Shown here one piece after another: positions 34,107 to 49,400 of a stretch of 64,000 nt of DNA. Location of the stretch: the NCBI RefSeq assembly GCF_009914755.1, contig NC_060930.1, one strand, 5' to 3'. Position 1 is the stretch's first letter, and each line of letters starts with the position of its first letter. The stretch comes from the human T2T-CHM13v2.0 reference genome, Homo sapiens. The position numbers and the translations under genes are program-made. The notes below the pieces were generated by a model. That model did not search any database. It was not told where the DNA came from and saw only the letters and a program-made list of their open reading frames with translations.

Positions 34107-34483
34107 TGATATGGTTTGGCTGTGTCCCCAGCCAAATCTCATTTTGAATTGTAGTTCCTATTATCCCCACATGTCACAGGGAGGGACCCAGTGGGAGGTA
34201 ATTTAATCATAGGGGTAGTTACCCTCATGCTGCTCTCGTGATAGTGAGTGAGTTCTCATGAGATCTGATGGCCTTATAAGGGGCTTTTCCCCTTTTTGCT
34301 TGGCACTTCTCCCTGCTGCTGCCATGTGAAGAAGGACATGTTTGCTTCCTCTTCTGTCATGATTGTAAGTTTTCTGAAGCTTCCCCAGCCATGCTGAACT
34401 GTGAGTCAATTAAACCTCTTTCCTCTACAAATTACTCAGCCTCCAGTATGTGTTTATTAATAGCATGAGAATGGACTAATTCA
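34107..34483 (+). mobile_element. THE1 (THE1C-like) MaLR solo LTR
   Basis: tgatatggtttggctgtgtcccc ... gagaatggactaattca. 5-bp TSD ggcaa/tgcaa. Confidence 0.92.
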
Positions 34484-35314
34484 TGCAAGTTTTGAACCTT
34501 GTTTTTGTTTGAATAGCACCAGATATGGGCCACCATTCTACGTAATTTTGGGAATTACCTAATATTTTTTAAACATGTTGTTTTTCCTTGCTTGAAGCTA
34601 AGAACCCGGGCTGATACTGTGGGCTTAGTCTTACTAATGGGAAAGAATTAAATGTTAGTGGTATAAAGGAGTTGTAACTTTTCTATGCCCCAGAGAGAGT
34701 TAATTGATGGGGAAAAAATAGGGAATTCTACAGAAAAGAAAAATAATTTTCAGAAGCATGAAGAAGGCAAATTAGAGGCAGGATCACCATGAGTGGTAGT
34801 GTGTTAAAATTTAGTAGTGAGGGAGGGTATTTCTTTCAGAGGAGTGAAACAATAGACCTCTCTGTTTATAATTTATGGCATAATTTAATCTAGCCCTTTC
34901 TTCCTTTGGTAACTGTCATTTCTTCCTTTTGATTTCCTTGAACTTAATTGCTTCATAAAAGATTTGTCATTGTACCAGATTGTTCTGAGGTTAATAGTTT
35001 AAGAGCTATCATCAGTGTACCACCAAAGATAACCTAGTGCAGAAAGGATGTGACAGATAATATTACAATGTGTGAAAACAAAGCAAAATGATCTCTGACA
35101 GGATTGTATTGAATCTTTCAGAGATCATAATAAGATATGATATTTGAACTGCTCTAGTTTTCAAAGCTCTGTCAATATATTATATCTGAGGGCTATTCCA
35201 TAAAATACAGCTCTCCTAATTTTATTATAATCATTTAATGGAAATCTATTTCAAATTAAATAAGCATTTCTTAAACAGGAAAATATTGGACATAATTTAA
35301 ACTTTTAAATGTAA

Positions 35315-35692
<378 letters not shown>

Positions 35693-38600
35693 TAGGAATA
35701 TTCATTTCAGTTCAATTTACAATACACTTGTTGTTTGGCCAGCATTATTCTAGGAATAGTGATGCAAAAATAAGCAAGACATGGTCACTGGTTTTAAGGA
35801 GCAATAGGCTGGCAGGCAGTACAAGAAATTGTTAAAATTCAAATTCAACAAGTAAGTATGATAAAGAGCTTTAATATCAAGTGTAGTAATTATACTCTCT
35901 CAACTTTCTCAGGGTAATTTTGAAGATCAACTTTGAAACCCAACGTTCAGTGTAGAGGGTAGTTAGGATTATAATTGCAAAGCTGCTGCTAGGATGCAGA
36001 AAATAGAGAGACGAAAACACATGGGACTGTGTGGTAAAGTAAAAAGGCAGGAGTCTTGAAAGAGAAAAACAGGTTCAAACAAATCCAATAAAACTCTTTA
36101 TGTTTATCAGATGTACAAAATGTGGGTAACCATCCTAACTTTTGAGTTTCTATTTCAAAGTTGGAAAAACTGCAATAATGCCTACACGGAAAGGAGGCAT
36201 TGAGAGTTAGATAGAATATCAACTAATCAACTAGTGTTGAGTCTTAATTATTTTATAAGGCAATCACTCAAATTTGTAGTCTTAGAGATAACTAGATTGT
36301 CACAGTGCCTGGCACATGATCAGCATGCAATCCATTTTTGTTAAATGACAAACAGATTAGTATATTTGAGTGTTGGTGGTTGGTAGGGCAGGTATTGTTA
36401 TCTCAGTTAATATTATTGTTCATGCTAGAGTCAAATTTACTTTACATAACAGAAAATGCACTTACATGTCAAATTTAAAGCTGAGAGAACTAATTATATT
36501 CTGAACATAAAAAGAGCTTAATATCTGAATAATTCACTTAACGTAAATGCTCTGGGTATTTTTCATTTTTTACAAAAATAATAATCTTAAAAATGAAATT
36601 TTTAAATGGAAAAAATAACAACTCTTGGCCTGTGGGCTCTACCATTATTGTTGATGAGAAAAAAAATCTAAATTGAATTAGTAAACATCTTCTATGGAAA
36701 AAAATTTACTTAATTACATAGATTCTGTCTCTGGATGTTAATGTATGAATTTGAAATATATGGATAGTTCCTTTGATAAAGTAGACATCTGCTTTTCATC
36801 TATCATTTTATTACAAATCCACAAATTTTAAACAAACTGTAGAAACATAATCAAATGGAAAGTTCAGATATAAGTCCTTTTCACTTTCTGCTCATCATGC
36901 TGAAGGGAGTAAGAAAATACAGGAAGACTTAACATTATAAACACCTATTTAAGAACTATGTCAATTCCCGTGTAGCCCATCTCCAATTTACCATTGTATC
37001 CCCAGTTTTGTCACAACATGAGCAACTTTTAATGGTCAATGTAGAGACATGGGTGTGAATGGCAATGGCACAGGCAGGAAATGTAATGCTCAGATACCTA
37101 AAGTGCTTAGGTACATAAAGTAAACTGAATTACTAAGATCAAGTACAAAGCCACCTGCCTAAAATATCAAGATCGATTAGGAGTCAGAGTGTCAGCAGAT
37201 TTCTGAAGGAAATCTGATAGGAAACTTAAAATGGACTTCCAAGAAGCAAGGCAATAGGCACATTTATGCTATAACTGAGCATGTTTGCATAGATTGCATG
37301 TTTTACCGATCATAAATTCCTGAAGACTCAAGGACATGCCTTCATGCTTGTGATTCTTCTCACCTGCCATGATGTATACACATTATTTGGACATTTACCA
37401 ACATGGCAGGTTCTAATTGTTTTAATCCCGGCCCCATTATTTTAGTAAATGGTATTTTTATACATAGAAGATAGGTTCCTATATTAGGCATATGTAAGTG
37501 ACTGGTACAACACCAGAAACACAGTAGAATATCCACCAAATGGTAATTGCTCTTCCTTTCAGAGCCTTTGACCATGACTTCCCAATGCCTAGAATGCTTC
37601 TATCCTTGTCTTGCCTGTGGAAATGCTGTTCATTCATGTGGCCCCAAGGACAATGTCCTGTCTTCACAATCCTGGTTTGATTTCCAAGGTAACTCTGGTA
37701 TAAACCTTATTATTTATGTTTCCATAGAATTTTGTATTTTTCTTATCAAATAAAGCCAATCATATTGTTTATAAATATAGTCAGACATTAGGGAAAGAAA
37801 AGAACTATGTAACTATTTTTTTAGATCATGTTTCAGAGCATGTTGCTATGACTCCATTTACTTGATGATTGGCATGGAGCAAATGGCTATGAAAAAGTTT
37901 ACTTGTTCAGGAGACTAGGATTAAGATTCCTTAACAATAGGGGATAAATAAAAATATTCCCCCAGGCCAAGCAACTCCTGGTTTGAAAGTGAGGTATTCT
38001 GTACTGGAGGCAGAGGACATGCAGGTGTCCTCTGATGTAACTTCCCTCTCAGCCACTGTCATTTAGCCTTTAGTTACTTATTCAAAGTATTCGCCACTCT
38101 TAAATACTTTCTTGTTTATTTCTTTATTCATTCACTACACACTCTTTCTCATCCTCAGTGTTACATAAGCTCCATATAGTCAGTCTTGTATCATTCACCA
38201 TTGTGTCTCCAGGACCCTGAATTGCATCTGACGTGTAGTAAAGATTGGATGAACAAGTGAGTAAATAAATGAATGAATGAACAACACTATAGTTTTGCAA
38301 GAAAAATGAAAAAAACACACTGGGGGGTCTAGGGTTGTCAGAATTTTTCTTATTAGGATGGACAGTGAAATATTTTCATTAGAATAATAATTATTACCAA
38401 CATTTCTTGATTTTCTTTCCCTTGGCTATCCCTCCATTGGGAGGAGGGAGTGGTATTGTTCCCGAGATCAGCAACTCAATCCTTATTGTTCCACAAATGA
38501 TATGGATGAAGTATCTTACTCACTAGATTACTGTAAGAAGATTTTGGTATCTTAGTGCTCACTATCTCTATAATGCTGTGCATAATAGAATCACTTTCTA

Positions 38601-39659
38601 GCAGGTGAAACAAGCAAATGTCATAACCATGAAACTGGGTCTTATTTATCTTTATTTTTATGCCTTACATATAGATAGTACTCAGCAAATGTTGAAAGAA
38701 TAAATAAAAAAAATCAATTATTCAATTATACCTTACTACCATTTATAATACAGGTTCCCAAGAAAATGCATTAAAAGTGATTGTGAACTACAGATGGAAA
38801 CACGCCTCTTTGACCTTTGACATGTATCTGTGCCTTGCCAGCTACAGTAGTGGGAACTTTCAGGTTAGTGGGAGGTGGGGGGAGAAGGTGCTTCATTTCA
38901 GTGGGAGAAAGGGGTTTAGGGGCCTTTTGTTGTTCACAGTGTAGTCTGCATCGCTATGCAGCTTATTGGAAATGCAGAATTTAGGTCCTATTCAGGAATT
39001 TGCAATTGGAATCTGTGTTTTTATCAAGATCCTTAGGTGATGTGTATGCACATGAAAATTTGAAAAGCAAAGTTTCTAAGAGGTAATATATTATATTTAA
39101 GACATCAAAAATGTCTTAAATATCTAAGCAAAGATATTCTACATAGCTTTGTATTGGCAGACAAAAAAATTGCTCTTTAAGTCAATTTCTGTAAGGCTAA
39201 GGGGTGTAACCCCCTTCAAAATCCTATTTGTATATATATCAGTTTCCAGAAAACATAGTCGATGCCGTGTTCTTAATAAATCAATTCAGTGTTTAAATGA
39301 GTACATTTGCTGTCTCAATAAAGCATAATAAACAGTTGCTACCTTTCATTTCTGCTTCCATCAAGGAGGAGTTAAAGATATTAAATGGAAACTTGTCATT
39401 TTTGTTTCTTGGCAGGAAATTGTTCTCTCTTATACAGAAGTTGGCACAACTTCCAAGTTCAAAGAAACACAGGATTTTACATTCAGGAACATCTGCTTTA
39501 ATTTGTGCTTGAAATAAAGTGTGAATGTAAACATCTTTCAATGATCTTTCTCTTCTAGGCATTTCTACAGCACTTAGTGTGGGTCACAAAATTAACATAA
39601 CATTATAGAATGTTTTGCACTAAAGGATGTTGTCTCACAATTAAATTTTAATGATGTCT

Positions 39660-40060
39660 GAAGAGCACCATAAACAATACGTGCTATAGAAATTCAAAGA
39701 AGAAATTTGGATTACTTGGGTAACCTATAAATAAGCTACATGGAGAAAGGTAGATATGAAACCTGCTATTGAGAGATGAGGATGGATTGGATAGTGGCAA
39801 GAAATTTCAGTAAAGGCAATGACAATAGCAAAGGTGTAAACAGAGAAAGAGCAAAGCAAGTTCAGAAATTCACAAGGAAATATGTTAATGAAGTGTGGTG
39901 ATGGGACTCATAAAGAGAAACATTGACCAAGGCAGGTTCAGATTAGTGTTGAATTCCAAGTTGAATTACAAAATTTCCTGTAGTAAATAAACATGTTTTG
40001 AGTAAGTAACAAAATGAAAAAAATGTGTATTAGAAAGAAAGTTTAATCAAGCAAAGGTAT
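39660..40060 (+). mobile_element. L2 fragment (other L2/MIR pieces at ~35720-35880, 38150-38290, 47640-47890, 52420-52800, 55610-56060)
   Basis: 'aaaggcaatgacaatagcaaaggt' and 'gggtttgaatcc...cacttagtaactgtgtga'. Highly degraded. Confidence 0.55.
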
Positions 40061-40544
40061 GAAGCATGCAGGTCTAGTTACTAATGTCAATATTATAATG
40101 CTGGATCTTAATAAATGATTGCTGAATTTCAAGTAAATGAATATACAGTGATTCGTATAATTTGCAGGAAAAGAAATTAGTTTCTGAAGTCAATTAACTC
40201 TTCTTCAATTTGTTTACATGTTTCACAATTTTCCAAAAGGTGGTAGCAATTGACAGAAAGTCATCAACAGACAGAGGAAATGAATGTAGATGTAGGATAG
40301 ATGCACTTGTCTGAACATGGCTCTAGGTGGGACTCTGCAGCATTTTTCTTTCTAGATACGTCTCTGGATTCCTGTCACTTTCAAACGTATCTCTGTCTTT
40401 CTAGTGTGAGAATATCTAATTACCAGTGGAGGTAAGTGGAGAAACTCCTTTTGTCATTCTGTGTTCTGGTGGCTCCTCCTGACTGTTATAGCCAGACACC
40501 TACCCATAAGGTTTCAAGTATTTGTTTATAACCTAACACATTCT

Positions 40545-40940
40545 TTATTCATTTTTTAAAAATTGACAAATAAAATTTTGTATATGTTTATTGTGTAAGC
40601 ATATTGTTTTGAAATATGTACACATTGTGAAATGGCTAAATGGAGCTAATTAACATATGTGTTATCTTCCACACTTATTTTTGTGCTGAGAACACTCGCA
40701 TGATCTTACTTACGTGCAGTGTTAAAAAGTTGAACTCCTAGAAATATGGAGTAAAAAGGTGGTTGCCAGAGACTGGGAGAAGGGAAGAATGATTGAGGAG
40801 ATGTTTGTCAAAAGATAAAATATTTGAGTTAGATAGGGGGAGTAATTCAAGGATCTATTGTACAAAATGGTGACTATACCTAATAAGTAATTATATTCTT
40901 GAAAATTGCTAAGAGAATAGATTTTAAGTGTTCTCACTGC
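40545..40940 (-). mobile_element. Short L1MA-type insertion with 5' inversion (minus 40545-40696, plus 40697-40940)
   Basis: Both pieces meet at 'agtgttctca' in L1 coordinates. TSD aacctaacacattct (40530-40544) / aacctaataaatcct (40941-40955). Confidence 0.85.
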
Positions 40941-43714
40941 AACCTAATAAATCCTGGAGTGGCAACTACAAGGGTGAATTACAGGCCAGTTTCCCAAGCT
41001 CAGTTTCTCAGAGTATCTTCCTCTTGCCTTTCCTTATCCCAGCAAGCCCAGGCTTGAAGACTGTGGTATTTTCTAACAGTTACTATGATCATTTCTCTGC
41101 AGATGTTGGCCGAACTGTTACAGAATTGTCATGTCAAAACTTCCATCCAAAACATTCATTTGTAGAATGGTTATGGTGACACAGGCACCTCTTGGAACAG
41201 CACAGTGTTCTTAGGGGGTCCCTACTTGATAGACGTTAGGAAGATGACTAGTGGGCTACTAGCCATGAAATGATACTAAGTCCCTTTGATAAAACTCTGA
41301 AGTATTGAATCAGGAGGCTGTTCTCCTGTGAGGAATCTGTTATCCTTGTCAGAGGAAAAAGCAGGCTCAATCGATGTTATCCGAGTTTTTCTTCCTTTCT
41401 ACAACTTGAAATTATGATAAATTAACAGGACAAGAGATGATGGAGGAGAGTACAGGAGATGGCTGTGATATTCCATTCCATTATGTCCAGACAGAACCAT
41501 CCGAAAAGCAGGCTAGCAATCAAGAGGGGCTAGAAACTGAAATTCTGGATAGGGGAGTAAAATGTCTAATGTCAGGACCCAATTTACAGATCTTAAAATA
41601 TCTGAATCATTAAATATTGGACTATTGGAAAAGCAACAGTTTTAATCAATCAACAATTCAATCACTGTAAATTATTTTGAGCACCTGTGGTAAGTTCAAA
41701 ACAGTTCAGTTAGCTTTCATTTGTTTTATATGTGGAGTGATATTACATGCTGCTTCAGTGTAGGAATTATGTTCAACAATGGCATGCTTTGACCACTAGA
41801 AGCACACAAAACATACATGTTAATTTATAAAGGTGAACAAGAGCTGAAACTATTAGTCCAATAGTGATAGGGAGACTTGGGTTTTTCTTACTGCTGAATT
41901 GTGTTCTCCATCACCCTACTCCAAAAGGGCCTTAATCTTAAAGTGAAAATTAAAACAAAGGCTATTAGTGTGGAAAGGATCGTATAGGCTTCCTAGAATA
42001 CCCTTCTATTTAATGTATGGGTCTCCTAATAATCTAAATTTATGTATGCTCATTTGTGATGTGATTCTCACAAGCCTGATCTTATGTTCAGTTGAAACAT
42101 GAAGTGATCTATCTGTGGGATCTGAGAGGCTCCTAGAAGTTGCCACTTCAGGATACAAAAGTGTTGAAGCTATGAGTTTCTAATTTCTGGAGGCAGAGCC
42201 ATTATCTAAATGACATGAGAGAGAAGAGAATGAACCTGTTTCCACTCACTGATCTCTAGAATTACTAGATCTCCTCTGTACATTGAAGAACTTAGCAAAA
42301 AGGCAATTGGATTTAAACCTGACTACACATTAGAATCACCTGGGAGACTTGAACTATATACAAATGCCTGGTCTCCACTCCCAGGTATTTTAATTTAATT
42401 GGTCTGGGATGGCTCCTGGGCATTTGCAAATTTTAAAGCTTTTTGCTTGGTTTAAATATGCCATCAGAGTTGAGAACCATTGCAGGAGAGATCATCAAGT
42501 TGATCTGGTCTCCTGCTCTGACATTCTGAGACTCTGGAAAGACAACAGACCTAGTAAGTTTCCAATGACGGATCAGGGGAGATCTGAAGTTCAGATCACT
42601 GTAGCTTTAATCATCTACTGTTACTCTAATAGAGTAACACATGTCACTAATCCAAGAATTCACTCTCTGGAGCTCTTGCTATGAAATTTATGACATTTCT
42701 AATGAGCTCAAAGAGCCCCCAATAGAGAAAAAATCATGCCCTTTGTTTATTCAAAATTTTTACCATAAATGGAGACTCCAGAATATTTTTTTCCAATTTT
42801 AGCCAATATTATACTAATTATAAAGATTATACACATCAGAATTGATTATTTCTCACAAGTTGGATGAAATTATCTTCTACCTATAACATTCCTTCTGTAA
42901 GGAGATAGTGAAATATTTGTTAGTGGAAAATTCTATATAGACAACTCTTAAATAGCATCTATAAATCTTTGAGAAAACACATGTAATAACATAATTCTAG
43001 TGGGTTATTTTCACATGAAGATATAAGCCTGAACTTATAAAATCATTCTTGGCTATGAGAGATAGTTACAAATGTCTTTTGCTGGAAATTGCTGAGGAAA
43101 TATAAACATGTATTATTATTTTGGATTCTGTTTATTGAAAACATTTTTGGAACTGGAAAATTAATTAGCTGGCTGATTGAATTAAAGGCGACTGGTGAGA
43201 ACCATCCTTCACAAACTGCAATTTCAAAAAGCTCCACTTTAACCTGAGGGCTGCGGATTTGTTCCTTATTTAATTTGGAGGACCAAGGCTCACATATTCA
43301 TTCCACTGCTGCTCCCTGTATTTACTGTAGTTAATTGTTACTGGAAGTCTAGAGCTAAATCGAGAATGTATGTTCTTCTAGTGTTTTGAAGAGCTGCGGG
43401 ACACTGCCACAAGAGTCTTAGCATAGAGCAGCTTCAGGTTGGAGTAGGATATATATTCCTCATGGGTGAATATTTTCTTCAGTTTTGTTGCCATTTTGTC
43501 CTGTGAATGATTGTATTCTTAGCAGAGGCTGAAACAGTTCACTTCTAGCTTGAACAATAGGAGTAAAAAAAAGAAAAAAAAACGACAGGAGGAAAGCTAG
43601 AGCAAGAAGTACTGGAAGAGGTAACCAAAGGACTTAGGTTATAGGAATGATGTTCACAGCCTGAGTTCAGTCTTGGCACAGGCAAGCACTCCACTCTTTG
43701 TGGTACAAATTTAC

Positions 43715-44085
43715 TGTATTATCCCATTCCCACACTGCTATAAAGAACTGCCCAAGACTGGGTAGTTTACAAAGGAAAGAGGTTTAATTGACTCACAGTT
43801 CAGCATGGCTGGGGAGGCCTCAGGAAACTTACAATCATGGCAGAAGGGGAATCAAAGATATCCTTCTTCATATGGTGGCTGGAAGGAGAAGTGCCAAGCA
43901 GAAAGAGGAAAAGCCCCATATGAAACCATCAGATTTTATGAGAACTCATTATTATGAGAACAGCATGGAGGTAATCACCCTCATGATTCAATTACCTCTC
44001 ACCAGATCCCTCCCATGACACCTGGGGATAATAGGAACTATAATTCAAGGTAAAATTTGGGTGAGGACACAGACAAACCATATCG
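43715..44085 (-). mobile_element. THE1 MaLR solo LTR
   Basis: Reverse-complement homolog of 34107-34483; both give the spurious peptide MTHSSAWLG. Confidence 0.92.
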
Positions 44086-44334
44086 CAGGTCAATTTTGGT
44101 TAATGAACAGTTGTTTAAGAGCAGCTCAAGCCACAGCTCATATCTGACCAAGACGGCAAACACCAGAAAGCCAGTGGGGGAAAAACAGTTCTATAAAAAC
44201 CTCCATGACTAGAGGAACAATGTATAAAGGAAGATGGAAATGCAATAGACAGATTTCTCAGCAGGCAGGGAAGAGTAACAGCTGGACTAAAGTTTATATA
44301 AATGTAAATCTTTAAATAAAATTTACCAGAAGTT

Positions 44335-44670
44335 TGGTGGGCTAAATAATTGCCCAACAAATATGTCCATGTTCTAATCCTCAGCACTAGTGAATATATT
44401 GCCTTAAATGGCAAAAGGAACTTTGTAAATGTAATTAAATTAGTGATCTTGAGATGGGGAGATTATTCTGAATCATCTTGGTGGCTCTAATGTATTCACA
44501 GGTGTCCTTATAAGAGGAAGGAGGTAGAATTAGATTCACCAAACATATATGATGGCAGAACAGAGGTTGGACTAAAGCACTTTGAAGATGGACTAAATGG
44601 CCACTAGATGAGGAAGGCCAGCAGCCTCTAGAAGCTGTAAAAGGCAAGAAAATGAATTTTCTCCTAAAGC
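44335..44670 (+). mobile_element. MLT1 (MLT1D-like) LTR fragment
   Basis: 'atgtccatgttctaatcc...atggcaaaaggaactttg...gatcttgagatggggagattat'. Confidence 0.75.
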
Positions 44671-46119
44671 CAACCCCTAGTACCCAATTTTACCAGCATT
44701 GAGTGTTTACTCTGTATTGGGTATTGAGCTATGTACTTTTCCTATGTTATCTCATTTATCCCTCATTACAATTATATGAAGGCTTTCAGCATTCCCTTAA
44801 GCCCAAGCACCATGGTTTTTGATCTGGGACTTATTTCTCTAGAGGCTCTGCTGTGGATCTTCTCTAGCAATGTCTTTCCTCTTGTCAAGGGGACGTGTCC
44901 ATCTGGATCTCTACCAATTTCTAGGCCATGTTCTGTGTCCTTGTATAAGAACTATGGTATTCCCTTTTCAAATGGCCTCCAGCAACTTCCCAGTAGAACA
45001 CAAGCTCTATTCCCAAAGGCACTTCACAACTTCTAAAAATAAAATCCAAAGGGAGGCAGCCCAGGGTTGGCATGGGACCCCACCCCCGGTAAGAAAACCA
45101 GATGTTTCCTGTTTTGTTGCTCTGTCATCCTCAACATATGGCTTCCACCTCATAGCACAAGGACCACTTAAGCTCCAGCCATCTTATTCTTCCTTCAGTC
45201 AGAAAGAAGGAAAAAGGCAGGAGAAGGCACATCATTTCCCTTTTATTTCACTTACTGGAAGTAGAACACGAAGCTCCTTATAGGGAGAGGGGTGGGAGAT
45301 CCTGCTAAAGGCACAGGTGTTTTGTACTGTCAGGCTGGCATATTCATTGCAATTACTAATATAATTTAATTCTGACATTTTCATTTTGTACTGTTCTATT
45401 TGTTTTGTTTTACTCTTCTCTCCTCAGTGTGTGTGTATGTGTTTGTGCATGTGTGTGTATTTCCGTTACCTGTCTTTTAAAATATTGCTTGAGTTTATTA
45501 TTACATATTTCTTTCTACTTTATTTGAAGGTTTCTATTCTCTTAGTAGTTACTATCAATATTCCAGTGAATATTTATAAAATCAACCTCTTTGCAGATGA
45601 CTAGAGTAAAATAAAGATCTAGGATGCCTTTAACTCTATTCACTTTTGTCTTTGAGGCTGGAAAAAACAGAAATGGACAAGTGGAAAACTAGAGCTAGAA
45701 GCTCTGAAAGCAGGCTTAAGCAATGGGAATGACATTCAGGAGCCTGGGTCCTTGGGACTTTGCATGCAATTGTTATCTGTTATTTTAACAGCATTGTTAC
45801 AAGCTCAAACTAATTATTACTATTGTTTTATATCATTAATTTGTTTTTAGATGTATATGATTATTTTCTTTGCTCACCAGTCTCACTTCCATTTCAGATA
45901 TTCTTTCTGGCATCTTTTTTTTTTTTTCTCCTTTTGGGTCATTTAGAATTTCTGTTAATGAGAGTACGTTTTTGGTTATCTGAAGATGTTTTACTTGCTT
46001 TTTTTCTTTAAAATGGTTTTCCTGAGCAATCAATATAATTGAACAGCTATTTTCTCTCTGGATGCTAAAGATGTATTTTACTCTCTGCTTGCTATGATCT
46101 AAATATTACTTCTATGTAG

Positions 46120-46425
46120 TTTTTTTGTTTTTGTTTTTGTTTTTGAGATGGAATCTAGCACTGTCACTTGGGCTGGAGTGCAGTGGTGTGATCTTGGCTC
46201 ACTGCAACATCCACCTCCTAGGTTCAAGTAATTCTCCTGCCTCAGCCTCCTGAGTAGCTGGGATTACAGGCACCTGCCATCATGCCCGGCTAATTTTTTG
46301 TATTTTTAGTAGAGATGGGGTTTCATTATGTTGGCCAGGCTGATGTCGAACTCCTGACCTTGTGATCCACCGGCCTCAGCCACCCAAAGTGCTGGGATTA
46401 CATGTGTGAGCCACTACGCTCAGCC
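46120..46425 (-). mobile_element. AluS (Sc/Sg-like) within old L1-like sequence (~45330-47460)
   Basis: Full dimer; 'ctcctgaccttgtgatcc' short variant. Confidence 0.93.
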
Positions 46426-49400
46426 TTTTCTATCATTTTTTTCCTGGTATCTATTTAAAATATATTTTGAAACTTCTTGCCCTATTCATAATGTCTCTTA
46501 CATTTTCACTTTTTTATTACTTTGTGCTACAATATTTTGTGATTTCTTCTGATCCCTCTTCTATTCACCAATTATCTTTGGCTTTCTCAAACCTCCACTT
46601 AACAACTAAGTTGCTAATTTTAACTACATTATTTTTTTTTCTACAACTTTTCTGTATTCCTTTGTTAAATATACCTAGTTGATTCTGGTAGCCTTTTAAC
46701 TCTGATCTTACACTTTTAATTCCATTTTATTTTCTGAAACTTAATAAGCATATCCCTTTAGCATTCTTTAAAATATTCTTAATATATGAGTTTTTGTAAT
46801 TCTGTTATTGTTGTTTGTTGTTTCTGTTGGTTCTCACTCATGGATGCTTGTTCTCTCATATGTGTGGCATAATTTTTTATTGAGAATTCATACTTGTTTA
46901 CATTGTATGTTGAGTATATATAGTCCAGGGAAAATTTTGGATTGCTTCTTCCAGGTACCTAAGTAAAAAAATAGATCTAGGTCCAATACACATTGCAATT
47001 CTTGACTCACATATTTTGAACTGAATGATAGAGTAGATTCAGACCACAAAATATGTTAAGACCAGACTTTGACCCCATAGTCTCAATGAAGGTTTTGTTT
47101 ACATAAAGACTCCACTTAGCACTAAAGCCAAATTATACATTATACTTTACTTATTTTACGATTTGCCTTTATGGAGCGTCTTTTTCTGTTTTTGCTAAAA
47201 GAGCATGTGATTTGTTCAGATGTTTGCTTTTGAAGCTCTAGAAAATGTGGAATCTACCTGTACCCTCAGATTAACTCTCATTTTTAACACTAGCTTAAAT
47301 TCATAATCCTTGCTCCCTGACTGCATCTGATCTGAGCTAATTTCTACTATTTTATGCAAGCTCATCCAGCTACTTAAGACTGTTTTAAATTATTTTATCA
47401 ATGTTTATTAGATATTACACAGCAGGAGAATTTTGCAATTTCCAGTTCATCATAATGTTGGAAACACAAGGCTCATATTAATCCTTCAGAAAATCGTTCT
47501 ATTCTCAGGAGGATTATGTTTTTTAAAAGGAATAAAAATATTATCACTAGGTTCAGATAAAATTCTATGTTTCTTGGATGCTTACATTATATAAGAGAGT
47601 GGGGGCAAAAATTTTAGGTATGATTAGGTGGTATCAGACAATATGATGTAAAAAAAAATTATCTGAAGCCAGGTTACCTGGGTTTGAATCCTTGTTCGTT
47701 CACTTAGTAACTGTGTGATTACCGGGGAATTGGTTAATATTTCCGGGCCCCAGTTTTATTCTCTTTAAAAAGAGGTATAATATTAATAACTACCTCATAT
47801 GTTTATCTGAGGAATGAATCTATTGATACATGTAAAATGCTTACAGAAATGTTTGGCATACGACAAGACTAAAAAATCTAGTTATTATGATCATAAATGT
47901 TTGGTGATATGAAGTAGTGTAGTGCAAATTAATCACAAGATAAACAGGATTTTTAAAAAAGTAGATGATAGGCAGCAGCATTTAAAATTGGGATTTGTAT
48001 ATTTCATCCTTTATTTAAAAGAAGCTGAGTTGCAAAGCTTACAACAAGTGAATGAAAGACACATTTAAATATTTTTGTAGGACTTAAGTTAAAGTGTTCA
48101 TTTGACATATGTCTCTGAGTAAGCATATGAGAAATTGGCCTTTCAAAATGACACACACTTATACATTTTAGTTAATGACTTTCAAAACATATGATTTTAA
48201 TTTTTAATAGTGTTTCTTTATGTTAGGTTTATTTAGCATTCAAAAGTGATTTTTGATCACCATTTTGGAAACAAAGTTTCTAAGAAATGAGTGCTGTTAC
48301 TAGGATTTATTTTCTTTCTATATTTATTCATCTCCTGTTTAACTTTTTAAGATTTTACATGCAAATAAAGATCTTGCCAATGTCTTGGAAATAGGTATTT
48401 TCAACTATAAACATGTTATGAAAACTATAATATTTTTCTCCAGCCTGCGAAGAGAACTGGCCTGAAAAAATATAAATCCATGTAAAAATATGCACCAAGG
48501 GTTTGTTGTGGGAGAATTTAAATTCCTTTCTCTTCTTCTCTGAAGAAATATGTAATGCAGCACTTTTTCTTCATTGCAGCTTCAGGGAATTCATGCCTAA
48601 AACTATAGAAGAGGTGATTGGGGCAGGAACTTTGTTTAATGTTATGATTCTTTGGAAATAAAATAATCCTTCCCCCAATCTGGGATACGATAATTTACTT
48701 TTTGATACACCTATTCTTCAAGACTGAGATTTTGTTTTAGGCATATATGAATTTTGAATGCCTCATATTGGAGACAGTTACAATAAAGGTAAAATTGAGA
48801 GTTGGGAACCCAAAATCGAAGTAAATAAAATAAAAAATTAGGAGCACAAGCTTTCTCAGTGTGAACTTTTGAGGTGAAAATAAATCGCAAGAAAATAAAG
48901 CTTGGCTTTATAATTCCAAATTAGCATTTGTAGCCAATAGGTACTGAGAGGCTGTTGATATCAGATAAAAATAAACTGTTCTATCTTCATGATATAGGCT
49001 GGACAGAAGTTTTTACTGTTGAAGCACAGGCTCTGCAATATTCGATCTCAGAGAAGAGTTTTGAGAAACATAGCTGTAGAAAATTCATTAGAAAAAAATC
49101 AAGTTGATCTAGTGTTTTATCTAGATAAGGACACTTATTACTCATGTTTCTGAGGTCACAATGGTAACCTTGAGGTGGTATCAAGAACTCAGAAAGTCAT
49201 TGAATCAGCAATGAAGGAAAAGTTAACCCCTATATGTGCCTACTAACTGTAAAATACAAACAGATGTATAAACATCTCATTAAAACTACCTAAGATAGAA
49301 CCTAAAATATGTCTATCAACCAAATAAGTTAATTGTATTTATTGGAAGTTAGTTGTATTTATTAGCACTAACATAGATTTGTGAGTTATGATAAATATTA

